Shown here piece after piece: positions 48,779-59,253 of a stretch of DNA of 64,000 nucleotides. The stretch is from Spirochaetia bacterium (GTDB taxonomy: Bacteria > Spirochaetota > Spirochaetia > DSM-2461). The DNA lies in the NCBI GenBank assembly GCA_963666985.2, contig CAXXIA010000002.1:544001-608000 (forward strand), given 5' to 3'. Made by a program: the position numbers and the translations under genes. Each line of letters begins with the position of its first letter. Positions within the stretch are counted from its first letter, which is position 1. The notes beneath the pieces are model-generated. The model had not been told where the DNA came from. It did not search any database and saw only the letters and a list, made by a program, of their open reading frames with translations.

Positions 48779-49921
48779 ATGTCGGCCATACGAATCAACA
48801 AATACCTCCTTTCGGCAAGCCTTCTCCTAACGGTTATTGCAGCACGCCACGCCGCGGCCGAAGGCTCGGCGGAACGGGCGAAGCAATTCCCGCAGATATC
48901 CGTATCGCCCGAAGAGAACCGCAATAACCGTGAACCGGTCACCCTCTGCGGATTCTTTCCTTCGCCCCCAAAAGTAACGGTGAGGAGTATCCTCAGGCAT
49001 TACAAAGTTCTCGGGAACCATGCGGACGTTATCCTCTACCAGATGGAAATCCCCTGGGAGGATTTTCCGGACTCACCCGAAGCAGAATCGGAAAAGATAC
49101 AGGAACTTCGCGGCCAAATGATGCTCGCCGACAGGGAAGGACTGGAGAAAATCTTCGTTATCGATCCGCTCAACGGCCTGAATCGCCGGGAATTTAAAAA
49201 TCTGCCGCCCTCCTGGGAAGCAAGTTTCGCCGATCCGCGTGTCCGTGCGTCATACAAGAACTTCGCCTTAAGAATATTAAGGGAATTCAAACCGGCATAT
49301 CTCGGACTGGCTTCGGAGATCAACAGTTATCAGGACGCCTACCCGGAAGATTTCCCGAATTACTTAAATCTTTATCACGAAGTTTACGCCTCGCTCAAAG
49401 CCGAATCGCCGGATATCAACCTCTTTGTGACGTTCCAATGGGAAGACTTGAACAACCTCTGGAATCAGCCGGAGGAAGAAGGATTCGCTCCGGGTGTGAC
49501 CAAATGGAATCAGATTGAACTCTTTGAGCCGGATTTGGACCTCTGGGCCATCTCAACCTATCCCTACATCACCTTCTCATCGGGTGAAGACATCCCGGCC
49601 GATTATTATTCCCGTCTCCTTGAGCGCACCGACAAACCGCTTGCCGTGTCGGAGGGGGGCTGGATCAGCAAAGACTACGGTCATTTGACCGCTACACCGC
49701 AGGATCAGACGGCCTATCTTGAGGCCATCCACAATCAGATCGGCGAACGCCTGGCCTTCTGGATTTACCTTTTGGCCAGGGACATCAGCATCGAAAGCTA
49801 CAGAGCCCTTACTTCCGAAAGAGATCTGGAGACCCTTCGTTTTTTCACGACTGTGGGGCTGATCACCGAAGCCGGTCGGCCCAAGCCTGCCTTAAAAGTG
49901 TGGGACTCGTATCGCCGATAA
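48779..49921 (+). CDS. Secreted putative glycoside hydrolase (clan GH-A-like TIM barrel)
   Basis: Signal peptide; LASEIN (acid/base-like), ISTYPY, KPLAVSEGGW (nucleophile-like), GL...G.PKPAL.VW. Confidence 0.6.
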   Translation: MSAIRINKYLLSASLLLTVIAARHAAAEGSAERAKQFPQISVSPEENRNNREPVTLCGFFPSPPKVTVRSILRHYKVLGNHADVILYQMEIPWEDFPDSPEAESEKIQELRGQMMLADREGLEKIFVIDPLNGLNRREFKNLPPSWEASFADPRVRASYKNFALRILREFKPAYLGLASEINSYQDAYPEDFPNYLNLYHEVYASLKAESPDINLFVTFQWEDLNNLWNQPEEEGFAPGVTKWNQIELFEPDLDLWAISTYPYITFSSGEDIPADYYSRLLERTDKPLAVSEGGWISKDYGHLTATPQDQTAYLEAIHNQIGERLAFWIYLLARDISIESYRALTSERDLETLRFFTTVGLITEAGRPKPALKVWDSYRR

Positions 49922-50051
49922 AACGGCGATGAGGGTGCGAACGGAAAAACCGCGAAACCGTTGAGAAAAAGGACGATTCGGAAGCAGGGTGTCGGTGAAT
50001 ACCGGCACCGTACAGTTACTGTACATGCCGGCACCGAAGAATCGGTGTGCA

Positions 50052-50432
50052 TTAAAACCAATCGCTCTTTTGGTCAATAATGATTCTTTTCATCTCACCC
50101 GCGGGATGATACTTATACCAATCTCCCATCTTTTGTTCCAAAACCCATTCGTAAGTATTCTTCTCTCTGACATATTTCCAGGAATACCCTTCTCTTTCGC
50201 CGGAAAAGTGTTCTATGAGAACTTGCTGTATATTGATATAATAAATAGTAATCTCACGGCCTTCTTCATCCCATAATTTCATATCCTGCACATGATCAAT
50301 TTGAACATAATTCTCGTTTCGCGGATTATAAAATGATATCCACGTGTCATATAATTCTTCGGTAAAGACTTGTGAAAACACATGAGTGCTTACAAGCAGA
50401 AATACGATAAGTGCCGTATACCGATATTTCAT
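50052..50432 (-). CDS. Small secreted hypothetical protein
   Basis: GGAGG RBS; signal peptide MKYRYTALIVFLLVSTHVFS; AT-rich coding. Confidence 0.6.
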   Translation of the reverse strand: MKYRYTALIVFLLVSTHVFSQVFTEELYDTWISFYNPRNENYVQIDHVQDMKLWDEEGREITIYYINIQQVLIEHFSGEREGYSWKYVREKNTYEWVLEQKMGDWYKYHPAGEMKRIIIDQKSDWF

Positions 50433-50880
50433 AACAAATCCTCCCGGCATTTTTTATGACAATGGATTCCAGGCGGCATGGTTTAATCCTTAATTACAAA
50501 TATAGCGGTAATTTACCAATAACAACATTCAATTTTCATTTGGACTGAGATTTCTTTCCAATGTCTTCTAATCTTCTTCATTGAGGCTCTTTGAAAAGAT
50601 GTGAACATTTGATTCGTCGGCACACCAAAGCCGTCGATCAGCCGAATCATCTTCTTCGGTAATTCCCATAAGTCCGGCCGATAAATGCTGATGGATGTTG
50701 ATGAATCGGCAGAGGTATCATGAAAAAGTTTTGAATGCCATGCAGCCATAACAAGATCGCGGAGAAATCAATGAACCATCCGGGATTCCGCCGAAACGAA
50801 ATACGCACGAAAGTTCTTGCTCGGATTTCGTTGAAGCCCAGCAGACCGGGCCCCGGGGCAGGCCCGGGAGAATCCCTACC

Positions 50881-51897
50881 TTATTCTCCCTTGATGCAAG
50901 GCTTCATCGGCGCGGCGGGAGCCGATTCGCGGATTGTTAAAAACGGCTCCAGAACATAACGCTGATTTCCGGAGATTTCTCCCTTGATGCGCCTTTCGAT
51001 ATGATCCGCGGCGGCAATCCCCATGGCATCCATACGGCTGTTGACCGAAGTCAGCGGCGGAATGGCATATAAAGCAATTTGGCTGTCGTTATATCCCACA
51101 ACGCGAAGTTCCTCCGGAACCCTGAGGCCGACCGCTCTGGCCCATTTGAGAACCGCATGAGCAAAAAGATCGTCCGAGGCCAAGACCGCGCCGAATCCGC
51201 GCTCTCCGGCTCCGTTCAAAAGATCAGGAATCCTGTCGATATGATGATCATCGGTCAGCACGACATGAGGAGAGCGGCAGCCGTCGGCGGAACTCAGTTC
51301 TCGAAAAACACCAATTTTCTTCCGGCCGCTGGCGGTACCGTCGGTCCCGAGAAACATCAGCGGACCTTGTCCGTTTCGCACATGCTGATACGCCAGACTC
51401 ACGCCCGCTTCATCGTCGCAAAGAATCGATCCGGCATTCTCATGATCGGATTCGGCGTTGATCAGCACAACGGGAACCGAATCGGCGGCTCGGTCGACTA
51501 TATGGCCGCCCAAATCCGATTGGAACGTGGAACCGACGAACACAATTCCGTCAACTCTATTCTCCAGAAGAGTCTGGAGATACTCCTCTCTGTTTCTCGA
51601 CTCATCGCCCGTATTGCAGAGAAACGTCATTATCCCGAGCTCTCTGAGACGCTGCTCCACATAATGGGTAACCATGGAATAATACGGATTGAGGATATCG
51701 ACGGTGAGCACGCCCACCGTTCGCGTTCTATTCTGGATTAACCCGCGGGCCAATGCGTTCGGCGTATAGCGATATTCCTCGACAATTTTAAGAATCCGCT
51801 CTTTCGTCTTATCTTTCACGGGACCGGTCCCGTTGAGAACTCGGGAAACGGTTGCCGTGGAAACACCGGCCAGCGAGGCGATATCTTTGATATTCAT
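50881..51897 (-). CDS. LacI-family transcriptional regulator
   Basis: MNIKDIASLAGVSTATVSRVLN, YTPNALARGL, VPEELRVVGYND, PPLTSV. Confidence 0.95.
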   Translation of the reverse strand: MNIKDIASLAGVSTATVSRVLNGTGPVKDKTKERILKIVEEYRYTPNALARGLIQNRTRTVGVLTVDILNPYYSMVTHYVEQRLRELGIMTFLCNTGDESRNREEYLQTLLENRVDGIVFVGSTFQSDLGGHIVDRAADSVPVVLINAESDHENAGSILCDDEAGVSLAYQHVRNGQGPLMFLGTDGTASGRKKIGVFRELSSADGCRSPHVVLTDDHHIDRIPDLLNGAGERGFGAVLASDDLFAHAVLKWARAVGLRVPEELRVVGYNDSQIALYAIPPLTSVNSRMDAMGIAAADHIERRIKGEISGNQRYVLEPFLTIRESAPAAPMKPCIKGE

Positions 51898-52070
51898 CGA
51901 TCACCTTTCGGAGAATTCCGTTTCATCATCATTCCGACAGCCTTACTTCGATTAAATCGACATTTTGCCATAAAACCGCCCTAAGGTTCTTGAAATCTCG
52001 TCCCGCTTCCCAATTTCACGAAACCTTTTCGAAAACTTTATAAGGCGAATCAATCTCCTTAAAAAATCCT

Positions 52071-52162
52071 TTGACTTCCATGGAGACTGAGTTTACAATC
52101 CAGTGTAAAGCTTTACATAATGTTTTTCAACTTTTTTTAACCGTAAATGTAAAGCTTTACAT
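52071..52162 (+). promoter_or_regulatory. sigma70 promoter with two perfect LacI operators
   Basis: TTGACT (52071) -17 bp- TACAAT (52094); TGTAAAGCTTTACA at 52104-52117 and 52148-52161. Confidence 0.85.
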
Positions 52163-52191
52163 AAAGAAAATCATAGAAATGGAGGTTTGCT

Positions 52192-53472
52192 ATGAATTCA
52201 AGAAAATTGCTGACGGCGGCCGTCTTGCTCCTTGCTGCGGCCGGAATGATGTTCGCCTCGGGATCGAACGGCAACCAAGCCGAAGAAGGACCGATCACAT
52301 TGACAATCTGGCACGATTTGGGCGACAAGGGCGTCGACTGGTTCAACGAAGTCGCCGCGGTATACGGTCAAAATCATCAGGATGTTACCATCGAATCGGT
52401 TACCTACCCCACGCAGCAGTGGATTGAACGGTCGATTGCGGCACTCAATACCAATACGGCGCCGGATATCATTTTCAATAATTACGAACGTGTTATCAAA
52501 GTCGAAGATCAGACCGGGAAGATAATGGATCTCAGCCGGGAGTTTTCCGCACTGCCGAAAACCGATTTTCTGAGCGAACAGGATCTGGCCATCTCCAAAT
52601 ACGGCGGTAAAATGCTGATTTTTCCCGTCCAGCGCGTTCAAATGGCCTTCGGCGTCCGTAAAAGCTGGATGGAAGCCGCCGGCAAGTCCTTTCCGGGAAC
52701 ATGGGAAGAACTGACGGCTCTCTCCGAAGCTTTTCAGAAAAAAGACGGCATTTACGGCCTGGCTTTGGAAGCGGCCAATCCGCGGGATCTGATCCACATG
52801 CTCGATCTCTTCCAATTCGGAACGGGAATAAAGCATACAATCATCGATCCGGACGGGAATCTCACCCTGGACGACCCGGCGCACCGCGACGTGGTCCGGA
52901 AAGTCATTACGGCTTTCAGAAACTACACGCCGGCCGATACCATCAACTTCAGCTTCGCCGAGATGTATCAGGTAATCGAAGGAAGCAGAGCGGGAATGTT
53001 CCGCGTGGGCGATTGGAACGTTAATAAATGGGACAAGCCCGATGTATTGAACGGCGATTTTGTCCTCGGCCCCTGGCCCGCTCTGAATCCCGGCGATAAA
53101 AACGCCGTCGTCATCGGCGGAATGCGGGGCGCCGCCGTTCCCGAGAACGCTCCTCACCGGAATCAGGCCGTGGACTTCGTCAAATTCCTTCTTGAATCCG
53201 AAGCCCAGAAACTCTCCTTCCAGTACATCGGCGCCTCCGTCCGCGGAGACTGGACACTGGACCTCAGCAATCACCAGCGTTTCTTTGCGCAGCCGCAGCA
53301 CAACTTAATCGCTTACGATTTCCCCGAATCCATTCATCCCTTCTATCCGCAGATTGAAGAGATATACCACAGACATCTTCTGCGTCTTCTGGAAGACAAG
53401 AATCTGAACATAGACAAGGTAATCGACGAAGCCAAAGCCGATATCGAAGCCTATATCCGCGACAATACTTAA
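52192..53472 (+). CDS. Sugar ABC substrate-binding protein
   Basis: Signal peptide ending FASG; ITLTIWH, APDI, PGTWEEL, AVDFVKFL. Confidence 0.9.
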   Translation: MNSRKLLTAAVLLLAAAGMMFASGSNGNQAEEGPITLTIWHDLGDKGVDWFNEVAAVYGQNHQDVTIESVTYPTQQWIERSIAALNTNTAPDIIFNNYERVIKVEDQTGKIMDLSREFSALPKTDFLSEQDLAISKYGGKMLIFPVQRVQMAFGVRKSWMEAAGKSFPGTWEELTALSEAFQKKDGIYGLALEAANPRDLIHMLDLFQFGTGIKHTIIDPDGNLTLDDPAHRDVVRKVITAFRNYTPADTINFSFAEMYQVIEGSRAGMFRVGDWNVNKWDKPDVLNGDFVLGPWPALNPGDKNAVVIGGMRGAAVPENAPHRNQAVDFVKFLLESEAQKLSFQYIGASVRGDWTLDLSNHQRFFAQPQHNLIAYDFPESIHPFYPQIEEIYHRHLLRLLEDKNLNIDKVIDEAKADIEAYIRDNT

Positions 53473-53479
53473 TCTTTGA

Positions 53480-53509
53480 CGCGGCGGACATCACGTCCGC
53501 CGCGATTTT
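53480..53509 (+). terminator. Perfect 10-bp stem-loop with short T tail after the SBP gene
   Basis: cgcggcggac-atcac-gtccgccgcg-atttt. Confidence 0.6.
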
Positions 53510-53528
53510 CCCAAGGAGAGACGAATCC

Positions 53529-54431
53529 ATGACCGCTTTTCCCGTTAAGGACATCCGCCGGTACGGAGTACTCTATTTATTCATCCTGCCCATGCTTCTT
53601 ATCGTCGTGGTTTTCGGCATCTGGCCCATCGCGAAAAGCATGCAGATGTCCTTTACCGATAAAGGAACATCCTTATCTTTGGCTCCGGTCTATATCGGGA
53701 TGAAAAATTACATCAAAGTCTTCACGGATCCCTACTTTTGGGATTCGGTTTGGATTACGGCCAAATTCACCGTCTTCTCCGTACCGGCCAACGTTCTGGC
53801 GGCGTTTCTTCTGGCTCTGATGCTCGGCAGCCGGCAGATTCGAACCGGAAGCCTCTTTTTCAAGCTGGCGATTTTCCTTCCCGTCGTGGTGCCCATCGTC
53901 GCCACATCGGTTATATGGAAATGGATGTACAACACCGATTTCGGCGCCGTAAATGCCGTGCTTACCTCAATCGGTCTTCCCAAATGGGGCGGATTGTCCC
54001 GTTCAAATACGGTTCTCTGGTCTTTGGGAACCGTCGAATTATGGAAGCATGTGGGCCTCTATACGATTATTTTCCTGACCAATCTCCAGCTCATCGACAA
54101 GGAAATGTATGAAGCCGCGTTTATGGAGGGCGCCGGCTATGTCAAACGCATCCGGTTCATCACGATTCCCGAACTGAGACCGGCATTTATGCTCAATTTC
54201 GTATACGCAACCATCCAATTTCTCAAAACATTCGCCGTCGCCATGGTTATGACTCAAGGCGGTCCCAATTATGCGTCGAATTTCCTTTCGTATTACGCGT
54301 ATTCAAAATTCCGTTTGGCGGAATACGGACAGGCAACCGCGGTGGGAACCTTTCTTTTCATCATCGTCCTCTTAACGACATTGGCCCTGCGGCGCCTTAT
54401 GCGCGACAGGGACGAGGGAAGCCGCTCATGA
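53529..54431 (+). CDS. Sugar ABC permease
   Basis: MYEAAFMEGA EAA motif, MTQGGP. Confidence 0.92.
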   Translation: MTAFPVKDIRRYGVLYLFILPMLLIVVVFGIWPIAKSMQMSFTDKGTSLSLAPVYIGMKNYIKVFTDPYFWDSVWITAKFTVFSVPANVLAAFLLALMLGSRQIRTGSLFFKLAIFLPVVVPIVATSVIWKWMYNTDFGAVNAVLTSIGLPKWGGLSRSNTVLWSLGTVELWKHVGLYTIIFLTNLQLIDKEMYEAAFMEGAGYVKRIRFITIPELRPAFMLNFVYATIQFLKTFAVAMVMTQGGPNYASNFLSYYAYSKFRLAEYGQATAVGTFLFIIVLLTTLALRRLMRDRDEGSRS

Positions 54432-55273
54432 ACACTCTTTATAGCAACCGCCCCGTCTTTCGCGTCCTGCTCTACATCGCCGCCCTCACCGCGGCCGCGA
54501 TTTTTATCTTTCCCTTCATCTGGATGCTCGCGAGTTCCTTTAAAACCACCAAAGAAATCCTTGAAAGCCCCTTAACGTTAATTTCGGGAAACTTCACGGT
54601 CAAAGCTTATGCCACACTGGCCCGAGTGGGAGGCCTGCCTTTATCCGGATACATTTGGAACTCCATCGGAATTGTCGGTCTTTCCACACTCCTGACGGTA
54701 TTCGTCACATCTCTGGGGGCATACGCCATCTGGAGAAAACCGAACATGCCTCTTTTCGGCGTGCTGGAAAAGATGTTTCTTTTGTCCATTATGTACCCCT
54801 ATATTCTCCTGCTGATGCCGGTTTATGTGGTGATGTTCCGCATCGGCCTTCTGGGCAGCCGGCTTGGAATCATCCTGTTTCTGACTCTGGGGCCTATTCA
54901 GTACTTTCTCTTCCGCGAGTTTTTCACGAAAATCCCGACGGCCCTCATCGAGTCGGCTCAAATCGACGGAGCCGGAGAAATCCAAACATTCGCAAAAATC
55001 GTCATCCCCATGGCCTCACCGGTTTTTTTCACCGTTTTCCTGCTTACATTCATTCTCAATTGGGAAAATTGGTTCCCTGTTCTGGTTATCTCGACGTCGA
55101 TGAAAACATACACGCTGCCCGTGGTTCTGCTGAATTTCGACAGTCAGCTCGAAGTCAACTTTCCGGAAATAATGGCTCTGGCCGCCATTGTTTCTCTGCC
55201 GGTAATCATCATATTCCTCTTCACGCAGCGCCGCGTTATAGAAGGTTTCGCCGCGGGGAGTGTTAAAGGATGA
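54428..55273 (+). CDS. Sugar ABC permease
   Basis: LIESAQIDGAG, ends GSVKG. Confidence 0.92.
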   Translation: MNTLYSNRPVFRVLLYIAALTAAAIFIFPFIWMLASSFKTTKEILESPLTLISGNFTVKAYATLARVGGLPLSGYIWNSIGIVGLSTLLTVFVTSLGAYAIWRKPNMPLFGVLEKMFLLSIMYPYILLLMPVYVVMFRIGLLGSRLGIILFLTLGPIQYFLFREFFTKIPTALIESAQIDGAGEIQTFAKIVIPMASPVFFTVFLLTFILNWENWFPVLVISTSMKTYTLPVVLLNFDSQLEVNFPEIMALAAIVSLPVIIIFLFTQRRVIEGFAAGSVKG

Positions 55274-56388
55274 CCCCGAAAACGGATCTTATCGGACGAA
55301 TCAGAACCGCTGTAGAGAGAGCCCGAGCATGGATGGAGAGCCGGAGATGCGCGGGCGCGCTTCCGGGAGTCACAACCTCCAGTTCCTTCCACAACCCGAA
55401 AAGATGGCCGGGAATGTGCCTTCCGGCCACATACAACATAACCGGCGCCCGCATCCTCATCGACGGTATCGGTACCCTTCCGGAGGCCGACAAAACGGGT
55501 ATCGCCGATTTTCTGGCCGGTTTTCAGGGCCCCGACGGAGACTTTTCCATGCCCGATATGAAACCCGATGAAATCTGGAAAGGGCCGAATCCGATCCGAA
55601 CGCGGAACTACATCAGCGCCCATTTGTCCAATTACGCCCGAGAAGCCCTCGGACAAACGGCCGCGGATCGTTTGCTTCCGCCGCGTTTCTGCCTGAATGA
55701 AATCTCCGGCGGCACGGAAGCCTGGCTGGAAGAACGTGATTGGAACGATCCTTGGATGGAAGGAAATTCCATCGTAAATCTGGGATCCGGCCTGGCGGAA
55801 CTCGGCCGCCTCGATCTCGTGGACGCTCTTATCGAAGGACTGAATCGCCGTCAGGATTCCCAAACCGGTTTCTGGGGAAAACAGCTTACGAATTCACGGT
55901 CCGCTCTGCTCAACGGATTCGCCGGGGCCATGCATGTTTATCATTTGTATTATTTCAGGAAAATTCCCGTTCCCGGGGCCGCCGCGGCCGTGGATGCCGG
56001 CCTGAGTCTGGCCGCAAAGGAACTCGCGGAACCGGCCGGCGCCTGCCTGGACGTCGACATAGCGGACATGCTCGCTTCCCTCTGGCCGGCGAATCATCGC
56101 CGGGGGGAAATCCGTGCGGTTTTGGAAAGTAAAATACATCAAATTCTGACTCTCCAGAACGACGACGGCGGATTCCCGGACACGCTTACCGGCATCCGGC
56201 GCTTCGACGGCTGGGCGGGCGGATACTGGGAACCTCAAGGGCTGAGCAACGCATTCGCCACATGGTTCCGACTCATAACATTGGCCATCGCCTCTTCGGT
56301 TGTTTTTCCGGAAACCGCCGATCAATGGCATTACCGCAAAACCATGGGAATCGGCTATTTCGATCCGTCCCGACTGACTGAGGTATGA
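55270..56388 (+). CDS. Hypothetical protein with prenyltransferase/squalene-cyclase-type repeats (alpha/alpha toroid)
   Basis: QW-like repeats FQGPDGDF, RQDSQTGFWG, LQNDDGGF; AMHVYHLY; ATWFRL.TLA. Confidence 0.65.
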   Translation: MTPKTDLIGRIRTAVERARAWMESRRCAGALPGVTTSSSFHNPKRWPGMCLPATYNITGARILIDGIGTLPEADKTGIADFLAGFQGPDGDFSMPDMKPDEIWKGPNPIRTRNYISAHLSNYAREALGQTAADRLLPPRFCLNEISGGTEAWLEERDWNDPWMEGNSIVNLGSGLAELGRLDLVDALIEGLNRRQDSQTGFWGKQLTNSRSALLNGFAGAMHVYHLYYFRKIPVPGAAAAVDAGLSLAAKELAEPAGACLDVDIADMLASLWPANHRRGEIRAVLESKIHQILTLQNDDGGFPDTLTGIRRFDGWAGGYWEPQGLSNAFATWFRLITLAIASSVVFPETADQWHYRKTMGIGYFDPSRLTEV

Positions 56389-56392
56389 CTCC

Positions 56393-58162
56393 ATGATGAA
56401 CTCCGGCACTCCCAATTTCGACTTCGGATATCTGCACGACCACAGCCGCTTAACCGCGTATCGTCAAAAGCCCGTGGATATCGGCTGGTTCACCGAAACG
56501 GGCCGAACTCCCCGACTGAATCTGAACGGATTTTGGCATTTCGAAATCGATCCCTATGATTCCGGGCTCAGGGGCGAATGGTTTCGGGAACGGAACAACA
56601 GTGATTCGTCGGTAGGACCTCCCGATTGTGATTTCGACGCCTGGGATGAGGTTACGGTTCCCGGATGCTGGAATATCCAGCGGACCGATTTGAAATATTA
56701 TGAAGGAACGGCCTGGTATGTCCGGGACTTCATGGTTGAGGAGAAGCGGAACGGATACATCTATCCCGTGGCGTTCGGCGGCACCAGCGGAGAAACCATC
56801 GTTTTCGTCAACGGAGAATTCTGCGGCTACAACGATATCCCCGGAGCACCTTTTGCCGCGGACGCCACGGACCTGCTGAGGGAAGGAAAAAACAGAATCG
56901 CCGTATGGGTAACCAATCGCCGTCATGAGGACGGCGTTCCCGGAGAATTCTACGACTGGTTTAATTACGGCGGCATCTTTCGGTCGGTCGGTCTGCACCG
57001 CGTTCCGGATGTTTATATCCGCCGCTGGAAACTATCTCTCGGTGAACATCAATGCCCGGAACTCGAAATCAGTCTGAATCGGGAAATCGATTTGAACGGC
57101 GTCGTGTCCGTCGGGAACCGAAAGTTTCCGTTTCGCACGGACAAAAAGGGAACCCATACGGCGGTGCTCGATTGGTCGCCGGAACTGTGGCATCCGGATT
57201 CTCCGAAGCTCTACGATGTTAAAATCGTCATCGGGTCCGATGAAATTTCGGACAGAATCGGATTCCGGAACATCGAAGCCGACGAAACAGGTATCCGCAT
57301 CAACGGACGCCGTATCGTCCTCAAAGGACTTGCGGTCCATGAAGACCATCCGGAAACCGGCCGCGCCCTTACCACGGAGCAGCGCCGCCTTATGCTGAAA
57401 GACGCCGTTTCCATGAACGCCAATGCGCTGAGGCTGGCGCATTATCCGCACGACGGCGAAACGGCCCGACTGGCCGATGAAGCCGGAATTCTTCTCTGGG
57501 AAGAAATCCCCGTTTACTGGCATTTGGATTTTGCCAATTCCGAAACCAGGCGCAAGGCCCGGCGGCTTATGAAATCGCTCATTTTGCGGGATGAGAACCG
57601 CGCCAGCGTCATTCTCTGGTCCATTGGAAACGAAAATCCCGATTCGGATTCCCGCCTATCTTTTATGACGAACTTGGCGGACTTATGCCGTTCCATGGAT
57701 AAAACAAGATTGGTCACCGCGGCCTGTCTTGTGGATGTTTCATCCTATCGAATCACCGATCGTTTAGCCGATGTTGTTGATGTGGTTTCCGTCAACGAAT
57801 ATTACGGATGGTACTATCCCGGTCTGGAAAGAGTCGGTGAAATTGTTCGAAGCCGATCGGACAAACCCGTAATGATCAGCGAATTCGGCGCGGGTGCCAC
57901 TTATCGCGCGGAAAACGGCCCCGCCGAACCTTGGAGTGAAGAATATCAGGCCGAGTTTTACGAGAATCAGTTCCGCGCCCTTTCGGGGATTTCAAATCTC
58001 ACCGGATATTTTCCCTGGGTATTATACGATTTTCCCAGTCCGAGGCGTCTGAACGCACACCAGCGCGGATTCAATCGAAAAGGCCTTATCACCCATAATC
58101 GGCTTCATCGGAAAAAGGCCTGTGAAACAATCCGAAAATGGTATGAGAGCATAACCGGATAA
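56393..58162 (+). CDS. GH2 beta-glucuronidase-like glycoside hydrolase
   Basis: VPGCWN, DWFNYGGI.R.V, RLAHYPH, WSIGNE (acid/base), YYGWY, SEFGA (nucleophile), N-x-K motif FNRKG. Confidence 0.9.
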   Translation: MMNSGTPNFDFGYLHDHSRLTAYRQKPVDIGWFTETGRTPRLNLNGFWHFEIDPYDSGLRGEWFRERNNSDSSVGPPDCDFDAWDEVTVPGCWNIQRTDLKYYEGTAWYVRDFMVEEKRNGYIYPVAFGGTSGETIVFVNGEFCGYNDIPGAPFAADATDLLREGKNRIAVWVTNRRHEDGVPGEFYDWFNYGGIFRSVGLHRVPDVYIRRWKLSLGEHQCPELEISLNREIDLNGVVSVGNRKFPFRTDKKGTHTAVLDWSPELWHPDSPKLYDVKIVIGSDEISDRIGFRNIEADETGIRINGRRIVLKGLAVHEDHPETGRALTTEQRRLMLKDAVSMNANALRLAHYPHDGETARLADEAGILLWEEIPVYWHLDFANSETRRKARRLMKSLILRDENRASVILWSIGNENPDSDSRLSFMTNLADLCRSMDKTRLVTAACLVDVSSYRITDRLADVVDVVSVNEYYGWYYPGLERVGEIVRSRSDKPVMISEFGAGATYRAENGPAEPWSEEYQAEFYENQFRALSGISNLTGYFPWVLYDFPSPRRLNAHQRGFNRKGLITHNRLHRKKACETIRKWYESITG

Positions 58163-58293
58163 GAGTGAATGAATCATGCCGGCAATCCATGCCCGCCTGC
58201 GTTAAAACCGCATGAGGATTCGGCAGCTTCGCGTCCATCCGAAAAAGAAAGGTTCATAACGCCCGAATAGCCGGGCTAAAGCTCTTACACACC

Positions 58294-59253
58294 CTATCCG
58301 CGATCATTCGGAAAAATCAGTTCAAGAGACTTTCCTTCGGGAGAATCGAAATATTGAAGCAGAAAGTCATAAAAATCCTTCGCGGCAATTGAAAGGCGGT
58401 ATCCCCTTTTCAATAAAATCCCCATCGTTCTCGTGCCTATTCCATCTTTAATGCGCAGAGGCCTCCCGCGAATTTTGGGAGAAGGGAATTCTTTGACATG
58501 AAACACATAGGCGGTCGATGGAACAAAAAGAAAGCCCATACTGTGTTCGAGGAGTTTATCTCCCACCTCGTTTTCAAAGCCTTCATAAATGATATCCGGC
58601 TCGAAACCGATTCTGCGGCAGTAATCGCAGATGATTTTCCTGATATTGTAGCTCGAATTGTTGAAAATGAACCGTTCATTCCGCAGATCATTCAGTGAGA
58701 TGGAGGTTTCCTTCGATAAAGGATGCTTCATTCCGACGAAAGCGAGGATTTCCTCGGAAACCAGCGGAACCCATTCGATCGCTTCCGATTCCATCGGCGA
58801 AAAAGAAATTGAAAAATCAACTTCCCCTTTTTCCAGACTTTCCCGCATTTCATCGATCGACTGAATGGTTTGCTGAATATGAACCTCCGGATGCTTAAGA
58901 AGATACGACACCAAAGGAGCGGCAATAAAACCGGATTCGGTAATGGAAAACCGGATTTTCCTCCTTATGAGTCCTTTCATTACGAGGACTTCATTTTTCC
59001 CGTCCTCAATCTCGTTAAGCGCGGTTTTCACATGCTTAAGAAACACCCTTCCCGCATCGTTAAGAGTTATTCTGTTGTTTTCTCTATCGAAAAGCTCTGT
59101 TCCGACACTGCTTTCCAAACGATGAATCGTTCTGCTCAATGCCGGCTGAGTTATCTTCAACTGCTCCGAAGCCCGTGTGATATGCTCCGTTTCCGCCACC
59201 GTTTTAAAATAGATTAACTGGTTGATTTCCATCAGTTGACTCCGACATAGCAT
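58294..59253 (-). CDS. LysR-family transcriptional regulator
   Basis: ITRASEQLKITQPALSRTIHRLE..VG..LFDR; start may be MEINQ (59232). Palindrome ATTACA-N4-TGTAAT at 59252-59267. Confidence 0.93.
   Translation of the reverse strand: MLCRSQLMEINQLIYFKTVAETEHITRASEQLKITQPALSRTIHRLESSVGTELFDRENNRITLNDAGRVFLKHVKTALNEIEDGKNEVLVMKGLIRRKIRFSITESGFIAAPLVSYLLKHPEVHIQQTIQSIDEMRESLEKGEVDFSISFSPMESEAIEWVPLVSEEILAFVGMKHPLSKETSISLNDLRNERFIFNNSSYNIRKIICDYCRRIGFEPDIIYEGFENEVGDKLLEHSMGFLFVPSTAYVFHVKEFPSPKIRGRPLRIKDGIGTRTMGILLKRGYRLSIAAKDFYDFLLQYFDSPEGKSLELIFPNDRG

Noticed and set aside
52198..53301. 367-aa antisense ORF (also 18208-19119, 22123-22944, 37015-37764)
   Set aside because: Mirrors the real genes on the opposite strand; no family motifs.
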